Source: a virus
Lineage: Duplodnaviria > Caudoviricetes
IMG/VR virus record: IMGVR_UViG_3300031760_000028
Location: 1 to 64,000 of that record
Reading direction: 5' to 3' (one strand)
DNA length: 64,000 bases
Positions 36,279-45,400 of this stretch are shown piece by piece (the stretch's first letter is position 1; each line of letters starts with the position of its first letter). The position numbers and the translations under genes are program-made. Under the pieces are notes generated by a model, which made no database searches, was not told the origin of the DNA, and saw only the letters and a program-made list of their open reading frames with translations.

Positions 36279-36518
36279 ATGAAGTATTTAACACAGATAG
36301 TGGAAACATACAGAGTTGATGATGAAGAGATGGTCTTAGAGATGATAGAAGAGGCTAAGAAGGATAAGCGCTTTACTCTAATCAAGCACACTTCTCAGTA
36401 TAAAGAAAAGAAAGCAAAGGGAGAAGTTATTGATTGCTGGTATAAAGTAAGTTTAACTAAGCAGTTCTGTGACGAAAAGGAACCTGATGCAACAGTTACT
36501 ATTGAATATAAGGAGTAA
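36279..36518 (+). CDS. Hypothetical protein (79 aa)
   Basis: GAGGT RBS; operon context. Confidence 0.75.
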   Translation: MKYLTQIVETYRVDDEEMVLEMIEEAKKDKRFTLIKHTSQYKEKKAKGEVIDCWYKVSLTKQFCDEKEPDATVTIEYKE

Positions 36519-36528
36519 GGATTACTAT

Positions 36529-36984
36529 ATGAATAGTTTCATTTTTGATTGTCCAATAGAAATAAAAAAGTTATCGAATACTGCAATTATACCTACAAAA
36601 GGGAGTGAATATGCGGCGGGTCATGATTTATATGCAGATTTAAAAGAAGCAATTCAAGTAAATCCGGGTGATACTTTAAAGATACCTACGGGAATAGCTA
36701 TGGCTATTCCTAATGGCTACTTTGGAGCTATATATGCGCGCTCTGGGCTTGCTACTAAACAGGGACTCGCTCCTGCAAATAAAGTTGCGGTGATCGATTC
36801 TGATTACAGAGGAGAACTTATAGTCGTATTATATAATCAAAGTAATGTACCACAAATAGTGCATCCCGGAGATAGAATCGCTCAATTAATTATTCAACCT
36901 TACATTGATTATGATGTTAAAATAGTTGAGGAATTAAATTCTACTGAACGCGGAGACGGAGGATTTGGTCATAGTGGAAAATAA
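36529..36984 (+). CDS. dut: Trimeric dUTPase
   Basis: AGHDL, ARSG, VIDSDYRGE, GDRIAQ, RGDGGFGHSG; start at ATG 36529 by RBS. Confidence 0.95.
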   Translation: MNSFIFDCPIEIKKLSNTAIIPTKGSEYAAGHDLYADLKEAIQVNPGDTLKIPTGIAMAIPNGYFGAIYARSGLATKQGLAPANKVAVIDSDYRGELIVVLYNQSNVPQIVHPGDRIAQLIIQPYIDYDVKIVEELNSTERGDGGFGHSGK

Positions 36985-36988
36985 CAAG

Positions 36989-37020
36989 AAGAGCTGGCGC
37001 GAGTCAGCTCTTTTTTATTT
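36989..37020 (+). terminator. Intrinsic terminator after dut
   Basis: AAGAGCTGGC-GCGA-GTCAGCTCTT plus TTTT. Confidence 0.85.
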
Positions 37021-37124
37021 ACAACTGCCAATTATCATTTAATTTTAACTGCAAATATCATCAAGATGATAATTGATTCATTCGTTTTAAAAAATCATTG
37101 ATTAGATTTTAGCACTTCCCGCAC

Positions 37125-37153
37125 TTGACAAGAATAAAAAATTTTGATATACT
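37125..37153 (+). promoter_or_regulatory. sigmaA-type promoter
   Basis: TTGACA-17-TATACT with extended TG. Confidence 0.8.
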
Positions 37154-37180
37154 GGATGTAGATAAGGAGGTATATAAACC

Positions 37181-37708
37181 ATGAGTGATATATATACTAT
37201 AGCTATTGATGCCAGCACGAAATCAAGTGGAGTAGCTATTTTTAAAAATCAACAATTAATTCAATATGAATGCATCATTCAGTCATCAAAAGATGTTTTA
37301 TTTAGAATTAAAAATATGACTAGCGCAATAGAATCAATATATAATATTTACAAAGATAATGAAACCCAAATTATAATGGAACAAATTATTCCGGATAATT
37401 TGAATGAAGTAGAAGAATGGACTAAAAACCAACAGACATTTAGGGTATTATTTTATCTACAAGCGGCAATAGTGCTAATGTTTCATAATTATAATAAAAC
37501 AGTTGAATTCATAGGAGCTTCATCGTGGCGAAAAAAGTGTGGAATTAAACAAGGCGGGGTAAAGCGAGATACATTAAAGATGAGAGATGTGCAATTTGTG
37601 CAAAACGCTTATAATATTTCAGTTAATGACGATATAGCGGATGCTATATGTATAGGTCATTCTAAAGTAAATACGATACCTGTACCGCCACCATTTAATT
37701 GGGAATAA
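37181..37708 (+). CDS. ruvC: RuvC-like Holliday junction resolvase
   Basis: IAIDASTKSSG, IIMEQ, SWRK and NDDIADAICIG catalytic acidic residues. Confidence 0.82.
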   Translation: MSDIYTIAIDASTKSSGVAIFKNQQLIQYECIIQSSKDVLFRIKNMTSAIESIYNIYKDNETQIIMEQIIPDNLNEVEEWTKNQQTFRVLFYLQAAIVLMFHNYNKTVEFIGASSWRKKCGIKQGGVKRDTLKMRDVQFVQNAYNISVNDDIADAICIGHSKVNTIPVPPPFNWE

Positions 37709-37746
37709 AAATAAGGGAGATGTATAATTACATCTCCCTTATTTTT
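37707..37746. terminator. Bidirectional terminator at the convergence of the two arms
   Basis: Perfect 18-bp inverted repeat AAAAATAAGGGAGATGTA-TAAT-TACATCTCCCTTATTTTT; both flanking stop codons overlap its ends. Confidence 0.92.
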
Positions 37747-39958
37747 ATATTTTTTCAATACATTTCTTTGCATTAATACTCATAGAGCCTCCTGTTAAAT
37801 CAAAACTTATAGTGTTAATAATATAGTCTCCATAAATACCTACTTCAGGAACGTTAAAAGACACTCTCGTGTTTGGCTCTAAGTGATAGATAGGTAGGCA
37901 TGTTATTGTAATACTTTCATTATAATTAGTATAATCAGTTAATAATTGTCGCACGTGCTGATAACACGAATTAAAATTACCGCCTTCTCCAAGAGAGCTA
38001 TAAATGGCATCAGAAACTTGAGTTGGAATTAGTCCAAGTTCTTTTAATTGAATTGCGGTCATTTCACTACGCATATCTGCTTGATCTGCACTATTCTCGG
38101 CTGTATTAATCATAATTACATCCGGAATATCTGGCTCAAATACACAATTACATTTATTATCTGTAGTTACATAACTTCTTTTTCCTATATTACTAATAGA
38201 GAATTTACTTAAATTAGAATCATTATCAATAATATCTAGCCACCAATCTAAAGAAGAGGGAATATCTAAGCATCCTTCATACCAATCATTATGCTCAATA
38301 TCGTATATTTTAGGCCATTCATTATACATTTCAGCCCAATAATCGCTTGTCTGAAGTCCTTGCGCAGCAGCATATAAATCTTGAAAATATAAAATATTTC
38401 GCCAATTAGTCTGTTGCACTCCTTCTGCGGTTGGACCTGGAATTATAAAATCTCCAACACTATAATAAACACCTAATGGCATTTTTAAGTATCCTGCTTC
38501 TGTTGCAGTTTCTTCACTAATATCAACGGCATTATTTCCCGAACTCTGATAGTTAGTTAATAAATTATTATAGCTATCTATATCTGTAACCCAAGTATAG
38601 ACATCATGTTGAGGTCCTACGACATAATATTTCCCAACCACCCCTTGTGGGTATCTTGTTTTTAAATCGTTTATATCACTAAAACTACCCGGCTCAACAG
38701 GATAGCATCTTCTAATTTTATCATTCATACTGGTGTCAAAACAAATAGGTATAGGATTACTATATGACTCATATAATTTTGGTCTGTTGTCAATAGCTAA
38801 ATGATAGCGGCAAGGTAATTCTACCCCTCTTTCATCTTTTCTCGTCCCCCAAACTACAAAGTCATTTTTAATCATATTATATTGAGGTGCATTACTTGCA
38901 TTAATAATAAAATCACTATTTTGGAAATTGTATACCGCATTATTTAAACGGGTGTTATATGCATAAGGAAGATACCCTTCGGGACTCTTTAGTCCATCAT
39001 TAAATAAAGTACGCCATTCAGAAGTATTGACATAATTTTTTATTTCTTGAAAGACAAAATTACCAAAAATATCATAAAAATATTCATAGTTACCAAGAGT
39101 ATCTTTAATTTTATCCAATACTGTACATACTGTATCACCAGCATTAGCGGTCAGTTGACCAGGGTATACGAAGTCTGTATAAGTATATCCAGCATCATAA
39201 TTATAAATAATCTTTTTAATACTCCACAGACCTGGAGGATTTACTTGGCTAGTCATGGTTGTGTAAAAGATATTTCGAGGCTCATTAATATTTTGCCATA
39301 GAAATAATGCATTTGCACCACGCCATTTTAGTACCTGTTTAATCTTGCTATCAATATCATTAACAATAATATGATTAAGATCTTCTTTTCCAAAATGATT
39401 AACTAATTCTGGGATAATTTGATTAATTTTTATAAATTCTGTATGCAAACTACCATCTGGACCAAGAGTATCATAAGATTCAAAATTAGTAGATGCAGGA
39501 ATTGTACCTCCCGCCTCCCCGTTTAATAAACTCATTTTATCATTTAAAGACAATGATAAATTTATCCCACTATTATCATAAGTCATTGAGCAATTTGCAA
39601 TAATGAAAGTACCACAAGGAAACCAAATAATAGGATAATTTGTATATTGACCAACATGGATATAATTATTCTTTAGACCTATCTCTAAAAAAACTTTCTT
39701 GTTAATAGAAAATAAACTATCTGTATTATCGTATAATATATCATCATGTAATATTTTTACATTCAAATTAGCCGTCCTGCGCACTGAGGAGTCTCCATTT
39801 ATAGATATAGAACCAGAGATAATCTTCCCTTCAATATCTTGTAAGCGTCTCTCCTGCCAATCTAAAACAGTAATACGAGAATAAATAACTTTATTATGCT
39901 GTTGATATATATTATCTAAAAATTTTGTGTCTTTTAAGTAAGGGTACTTCTTTTTCAT
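37745..39958 (-). CDS. Putative tail/baseplate protein (737 aa)
   Basis: GSISINGDSSVRRTANL, DKMSLLNG and YFYDIFGNFVFQEIKNY segments resemble phage tail hub proteins; late-module position. Confidence 0.6.
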   Translation of the reverse strand: MKKKYPYLKDTKFLDNIYQQHNKVIYSRITVLDWQERRLQDIEGKIISGSISINGDSSVRRTANLNVKILHDDILYDNTDSLFSINKKVFLEIGLKNNYIHVGQYTNYPIIWFPCGTFIIANCSMTYDNSGINLSLSLNDKMSLLNGEAGGTIPASTNFESYDTLGPDGSLHTEFIKINQIIPELVNHFGKEDLNHIIVNDIDSKIKQVLKWRGANALFLWQNINEPRNIFYTTMTSQVNPPGLWSIKKIIYNYDAGYTYTDFVYPGQLTANAGDTVCTVLDKIKDTLGNYEYFYDIFGNFVFQEIKNYVNTSEWRTLFNDGLKSPEGYLPYAYNTRLNNAVYNFQNSDFIINASNAPQYNMIKNDFVVWGTRKDERGVELPCRYHLAIDNRPKLYESYSNPIPICFDTSMNDKIRRCYPVEPGSFSDINDLKTRYPQGVVGKYYVVGPQHDVYTWVTDIDSYNNLLTNYQSSGNNAVDISEETATEAGYLKMPLGVYYSVGDFIIPGPTAEGVQQTNWRNILYFQDLYAAAQGLQTSDYWAEMYNEWPKIYDIEHNDWYEGCLDIPSSLDWWLDIIDNDSNLSKFSISNIGKRSYVTTDNKCNCVFEPDIPDVIMINTAENSADQADMRSEMTAIQLKELGLIPTQVSDAIYSSLGEGGNFNSCYQHVRQLLTDYTNYNESITITCLPIYHLEPNTRVSFNVPEVGIYGDYIINTISFDLTGGSMSINAKKCIEKI

Positions 39959-39975
39959 AGTGCTTTAATACCCCC

Positions 39976-41670
39976 TTAATCATTAAATTTTTGTATGTTA
40001 TATAATTTAAAATTTTGCACAGAACAATCTCCAATCTCTGTTGCTGTACAAGAGAAATCATAAACCATACGGCCGATTTCCTGTTTAGGAGTTAAAGTTA
40101 CATCTGTTAAACGAACTAAAATATTTCCTTCTGGCGTTGATCTAAATAATTTTGGACTATCATCATAGAAATAATCTAAAACCATTTCTCTAAATTTTCG
40201 TTGAGTAATGCGATCATTGCGCTGATTAAAATAATGATTTACTAAATAACTTCCATAAACATTAATCCAATCTCCATAGATACTACTTCGGCTAGTAAAT
40301 TGATGTTCGCTGTCCATCTCATAAGCAATCGTTCCGCTTAAAGAGAAGCTTCTGTAATCTGTAGCGCTATTACGAGTTATATAAGGATATTGACTTCCTA
40401 AGGTAGTGACAATATTGTCAGAAACATTTCTTTTAAATGTTGAAATACTAGGATTAAATTTAACACATAACTGTACTCCTTGACCTGTTAGAAAAGCATG
40501 GTCAAAAATAGAAATAATAGGACCTTCTACAATCGTATAAACATTATTATTATAAGTATAAGAAATTTCATATTTATATAAGATACCACTTTCAATAGTA
40601 TAGTCATCATATGATATAGGAGCGGCAACAGCCGAGCTTAGTGTTTTTGACCATATAGTATCCCAAAACATAAACCCATCTTTATCAGAGCCTCTTCTGA
40701 CAGAAATGATAGACCCTTGCGGAATTGTCCCTGCATTACTTTGTGGCTCAAACGTAATATTCACTTTTCCTATTACAGTGTCTACTGATGTAATTTCTGT
40801 AATATATTGTTGATCACTCCAATTATTATGGCTATATGATGCGGCAATATGATAATCAATCTGTCCCTCATAAAGATTAGCTGTTGTATATTTAAAAGTT
40901 AATATAGTATCAGCATTTTCATTAAAATAATAAGGCATCTCATAATAAAAACTGTTAATATCTTTTAGGTTATCAAGAGCGCCACTATCAAATAAAATAT
41001 CTTCTGAAGTTGCGTCTTTTAGTACAAATTGATAGCTATGAAGATATTCTAAATCATTTACCCCGTTTACAAGAGGTGTCCCAGCGATGGCTGGTAAATC
41101 TATAACTTCCTTTATGTAATTTCCGGAGAGTATTAAACTACTTGTGTTAATTTGATTAATTTCCGCAGTATCAAGAGCCTGCCCATTACCATCAATATTA
41201 ATAGTCGGCGCGGCAATGAACCTTACTAGACAAACAGTAGACCATTCAGAGAAGTTTATTAAGTTAGATTCATTTGTCAAATACTCTGATAGTGCTTGAC
41301 CTGATAATGCTGAAGCAGGACAAGTAATTTTTGATAGTCGCACTTGAACTTTATAGTATTCATTATAACTAATTTGATTAATATTAAAAGTCGTTGCACT
41401 ATAAGGAATAGTGATACTATTATCAAACTCTGTCGGAGAAAAGTTTTTAACATATACTCCTCTAACATATCGAATTTTATTAAATCCTGATTCATAATTA
41501 CTCTGTCGAGTAAAAGAAATATGTATAGATTGAATATCTTGTAAAGAATTAAAATTCGATATATTAAAATTAATTCTTAGTCCATTAGTTATAAAATCTT
41601 GAATAGTTTGCGCCGGAGCGTAAGCATCGATTATAGGAGGGAATAATCCTCCTTCAGCAATAGTTGCCAT
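39976..41670 (-). CDS. Putative tail-tip structural protein (564 aa)
   Basis: Beta-rich; C-terminal FNPSIS.FK..TLGSQYPYI.RN...FSLSG...KLFRSTPEGN resembles distal-tail-like domains; function inferred from context. Confidence 0.55.
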   Translation of the reverse strand: MATIAEGGLFPPIIDAYAPAQTIQDFITNGLRINFNISNFNSLQDIQSIHISFTRQSNYESGFNKIRYVRGVYVKNFSPTEFDNSITIPYSATTFNINQISYNEYYKVQVRLSKITCPASALSGQALSEYLTNESNLINFSEWSTVCLVRFIAAPTINIDGNGQALDTAEINQINTSSLILSGNYIKEVIDLPAIAGTPLVNGVNDLEYLHSYQFVLKDATSEDILFDSGALDNLKDINSFYYEMPYYFNENADTILTFKYTTANLYEGQIDYHIAASYSHNNWSDQQYITEITSVDTVIGKVNITFEPQSNAGTIPQGSIISVRRGSDKDGFMFWDTIWSKTLSSAVAAPISYDDYTIESGILYKYEISYTYNNNVYTIVEGPIISIFDHAFLTGQGVQLCVKFNPSISTFKRNVSDNIVTTLGSQYPYITRNSATDYRSFSLSGTIAYEMDSEHQFTSRSSIYGDWINVYGSYLVNHYFNQRNDRITQRKFREMVLDYFYDDSPKLFRSTPEGNILVRLTDVTLTPKQEIGRMVYDFSCTATEIGDCSVQNFKLYNIQKFND

Positions 41671-41706
41671 GGTGTATATACCTCCTTTTATCTCATTATA
41701 ATAAAT

Positions 41707-41730
41707 TAAAGGGAACGAATGTTCCCTTTA
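41707..41730 (-). terminator. Hairpin after 41728-42183
   Basis: TAAAGGGAAC-GAAT-GTTCCCTTTA. Confidence 0.7.
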
Positions 41731-42183
41731 ACTCTCGCGCGGCGGCTGCTTAGGAAGTTCTCGAATTTCCTTCATTAGGGCCGCAATAAAACTATTGCCC
41801 TTCTCTTTTTGATAATGACTATATCTCCGCTCTAAACAATCTAGGCTATAGTCATCTATCCATCCCTTTTGGTAACAAAAGTGATGATGCTCTTTTGTGA
41901 TATAAGCTTTTATATCATCTCTATCAGAAGCCATTAGGATGTCAACTTTATTGCCAATAGTTTCTACGCATTTGGTCATGTCTAAGACATTTTTCTCAAG
42001 AGAGCTAAGTCGTTCTTTTAACTCAGCGTCTTCGTCATGCTTTAAAATAGTTTTTTCATCTCTTTGTCGAATTTTGCTTTTTGCCCAATCCATAAAATCA
42101 AAAACTTTTTTAAAAGTAACCGCCAATAGAACTATAAACAATATTATTTGAGGAATTGTAAAAGTAGAAAGTAAGTCTGTCAT
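41728..42183 (-). CDS. Membrane protein with coiled coil (possible second holin/lysis accessory)
   Basis: N-terminal TM helix, coiled coil, ERRYSHYQKEKGNSFI-type C-terminus seen in holin-like phage proteins. Confidence 0.55.
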   Translation of the reverse strand: MTDLLSTFTIPQIILFIVLLAVTFKKVFDFMDWAKSKIRQRDEKTILKHDEDAELKERLSSLEKNVLDMTKCVETIGNKVDILMASDRDDIKAYITKEHHHFCYQKGWIDDYSLDCLERRYSHYQKEKGNSFIAALMKEIRELPKQPPRES

Positions 42184-42226
42184 ATGGTTGCTCCTCCTTG
42201 TTATATATGATACTTTTCTCTCTCTA

Positions 42227-42266
42227 TAGTTAAAAAAACTCTTTGTTTAATTAAGCTAGTCAGTCC
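42227..42266 (-). promoter_or_regulatory. Putative class II promoter
   Basis: Minus strand GGAC (42266), TTAA at +12, T-run then AACTATA at +35. Confidence 0.5.
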
Positions 42267-42463
42267 TCGATTTCAGAACCATTTTTAATTGCCATGCGCG
42301 CCTGCTCAATATAGTTTTTGTATTGTAACGCAACTGAGTCGTATATATTTGACATAACATAATATATTACGCTTACGGGCAAGTGCGAAGAATTAAGAAC
42401 AGTCATTAGACTGTCCCTAAAATCTTCTATAGCTAAATTAATATCTATTTTTTCATTATCCAT
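42260..42463 (-). CDS. Small hypothetical protein (67 aa) after the tail-tip gene
   Basis: AAGGAG RBS; helical. Confidence 0.7.
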   Translation of the reverse strand: MDNEKIDINLAIEDFRDSLMTVLNSSHLPVSVIYYVMSNIYDSVALQYKNYIEQARMAIKNGSEIED

Positions 42464-42489
42464 TTTTTTTCTCCTTTTATCTCTTATTT

Positions 42490-45400
42490 TTATTGTTCTT
42501 TAATTACATTAAGATGAGTTATAGGGTTACTTCCTGATTCACTTCGACCCGTCACTCCGGTTACATATCGACCAGTTGTATACTGTCTAACCTTTTCTGT
42601 AATATAGTCATCTAAAGAAGTACCATTTATACTTAAACTTTTTACAGTCACAGCATTTAAGTCTGCATTGCCACTTTGGTAAATATTATAGGTTCCTCCT
42701 GCGCCTGAGAAACTAATCTTTTCTTTTGATATATCAATACCTCCACTAGAGCCACCTAAGAATATGTTTTTATCAAAGGTAACAGTTTTATGAAAACGAC
42801 TATCTTCCCAAACAACAATTCCTCCATAAAATACGAACCCATTAGGTCCAGCTGTCAGATAGGTATCACCTATATAAAATTTTTCTCCTACTGCAAGTCG
42901 AAGTCCATCATCTCCAAAAGTGGATCCTGAAGGAGTGCTAAAACTTCTACCTACGAAAGTATTTCCATTATTTTGAAAACTTGCTGTACCATCAGACCTA
43001 ATATACCATTGCTGACCTTGTAAATTACCATTCTCATCTGCGGAAAATGCTCCAATAGTCAGTCTATCAGGAGCGAGTCTAACGTTCCCATTAACTGAGC
43101 CAAGATAATTTCTATTAATAACCCAGTTTCCAATGCGGCCAGTTTCTGTAAACAATTTACCATTGAAAAAAGCTTCTCCAGTATTTGTTACATAAAAATT
43201 CTTATTATATAAAGCATACTTCTGAGACATACCTTGAGAAGTATCTAAATACATATAAGTGCTGTTCCATGGTTCGTTATCTGCTGGTAGATGCCAAGGA
43301 TACCAATTATATTCAATAAATAGTGTACCTGCGGAATGGCCGTCTGCATCATCGCTGATATTGCCTATTTGACCTGATTTAGCCATGATTTTACCTTTTA
43401 CACAGGCTGCAACATCATCTGTTCCTGTCCCTCCGGTGTCTTTTATCCAGAAGTTCTTATTCCATAAAATATAGTGCTCGCTACCTTTCCAAATATTAAT
43501 ATCTACTCTATTAACACTTGTACCAAAAGAGCCACTTGTTGCAACAATAGAGCCAACCGCATCTAGGTCGCTACAATGAACGTGCCCACCATAAGTTAAA
43601 TAAAAATTAGGCGTTCGGCTCATAAAATTACTATAATTAATATTTGTATTACTAGCCCATAAAAACCTAGTATCATCAGTTACTTCATCTTCCCATGGAA
43701 TATACATTCCCGCAGACCCCTGTCCTGTATTAGGAGGATCTACATCATCTCCTTGACTAAGCTCATTAAAGGTAAGATTATTTCCTTCTCCAATAGGCTT
43801 ATATAATAAGTCTCTATCAAAATACCATCCTGCAAGACGTGACCATACTCTGCGGCTTGTTGTTGGTACTCTTGGGTCAAGGACAATCTGTGTACTACCT
43901 GTTGGACCAAAAATCGCACGCCCGGTTTGTGCATCAATAAACATGGTGCGCGCCCAAGACTCAGGATCATTAGTATTTGGAGTTCCATATCCGAATAGTC
44001 CTATTTCATTTTTTCTTTCATCATTGTCTGGATAGAAATTAGTTCCTAAAGTAATTCCGGTAAAAGTATTGTCATTATTTTTAACCCCTGCTGCAATTTT
44101 TGAAGAAATCATATAGGCGTCGTCAATAATGGTTTTTTTACCATCCCAGTTATTAATTTCTGTCGAACCATATTTATTACATAATATATTTATAGGGATA
44201 AGAGCCTCTGCATTATACACTTGATTTTCACTCTTTACATAAGTAATATTAACAGAAATCCAAGAATTAAATAAATCTTTTTGAGCGACCATATCATATT
44301 TATTATAAGGTCTTACGCTGAACTTTTGTATGGACTCATTTAGTTGAACTACTTCTTCCCAATAAGGAGTTACAAAACTTCCAGGCTGATACGTGTTAAT
44401 GATTTGATCATCAGCATCTTTTATTTCTACGAGCTGCCCCTTAGTATATGAGGTATTACATACGTAAACTTTATTATTGTAGCGGCAATATTTCTTATAT
44501 AAATTCTCATTATTACTAAAACTTGCATAAGTTTGAATTTCCTCTGTTGAAGAAATTGAATTAATTGGTTGAAGCCCGTCTGAATGGCTCCAATAAATAT
44601 TCGTTTTACCTGTTGCGATTCCATCTACGACTTCTTGAGTAATATTTTTACCTTCCTCATCAAATATAAAGAAAGTAAATGGCTCTTGTTTATTATAGGA
44701 TGGATTTTCCCCTGCACTATCATAGACAATCTGATCAAACCCGCCCGTTACAACAATATGCTTAGCCGGGTCAAAGCCCGCTGGCATTGGCTCACTACCG
44801 GTAAAATTAAAGTAAAAATAAGGAATTGCATAATATCCATAATTAAATCTCTGGATAGAGGTATCTTCTCCTAGTGTTTTTGAAGATGCTACTCTTATTA
44901 TATTATTAGCAATTTTCTTATCATAAGTGACTCCCTCTATAGTGTAATCAGTAATAAGAGTTGGTTTATAAGTCATCTCAACCTGATTTTCGTTATCTGT
45001 CATATAAGGAATTCTTAATTGAGTATATTGACCTGTGGTGTTAATAATATTAAAAGAAGGTTTTAGATAATATTTTATACCCTTATATGCTCCCTTGATA
45101 ATTTCAGAACTCCATACAGAAGAACTGTCAATAACACTCATTTGTCCATCTTGGTACCAATATCCATATAAGGTTGTTGTAGCAGAGCCATTAACTCCAG
45201 TAGGAGAGCCATCTATATTCATAGCTCCAGCCGCAAATTTTAAATTTACATATCTACAAGTATTTGTAGAAAGTTGCGGTTCCCCATTTGCATTATACGC
45301 CATAGTTGCAAATAGATAGGTATTACCTAAGTGTCTTTGGCTAGGCTGATAATGTTTCGTGACAGTCCTGCCGCCTTCTACAGTAGAGAAATCACTCCAT

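Noticed and set aside
4573-37708. Reading the region as bacterial chromosome (gyrBA, ligA, dnaE, recJ, clpP, gmk)
   Set aside because: The genes are divergent, packed among phage hypotheticals, holin/endolysin and homing endonucleases, and are continuous with a virion module.
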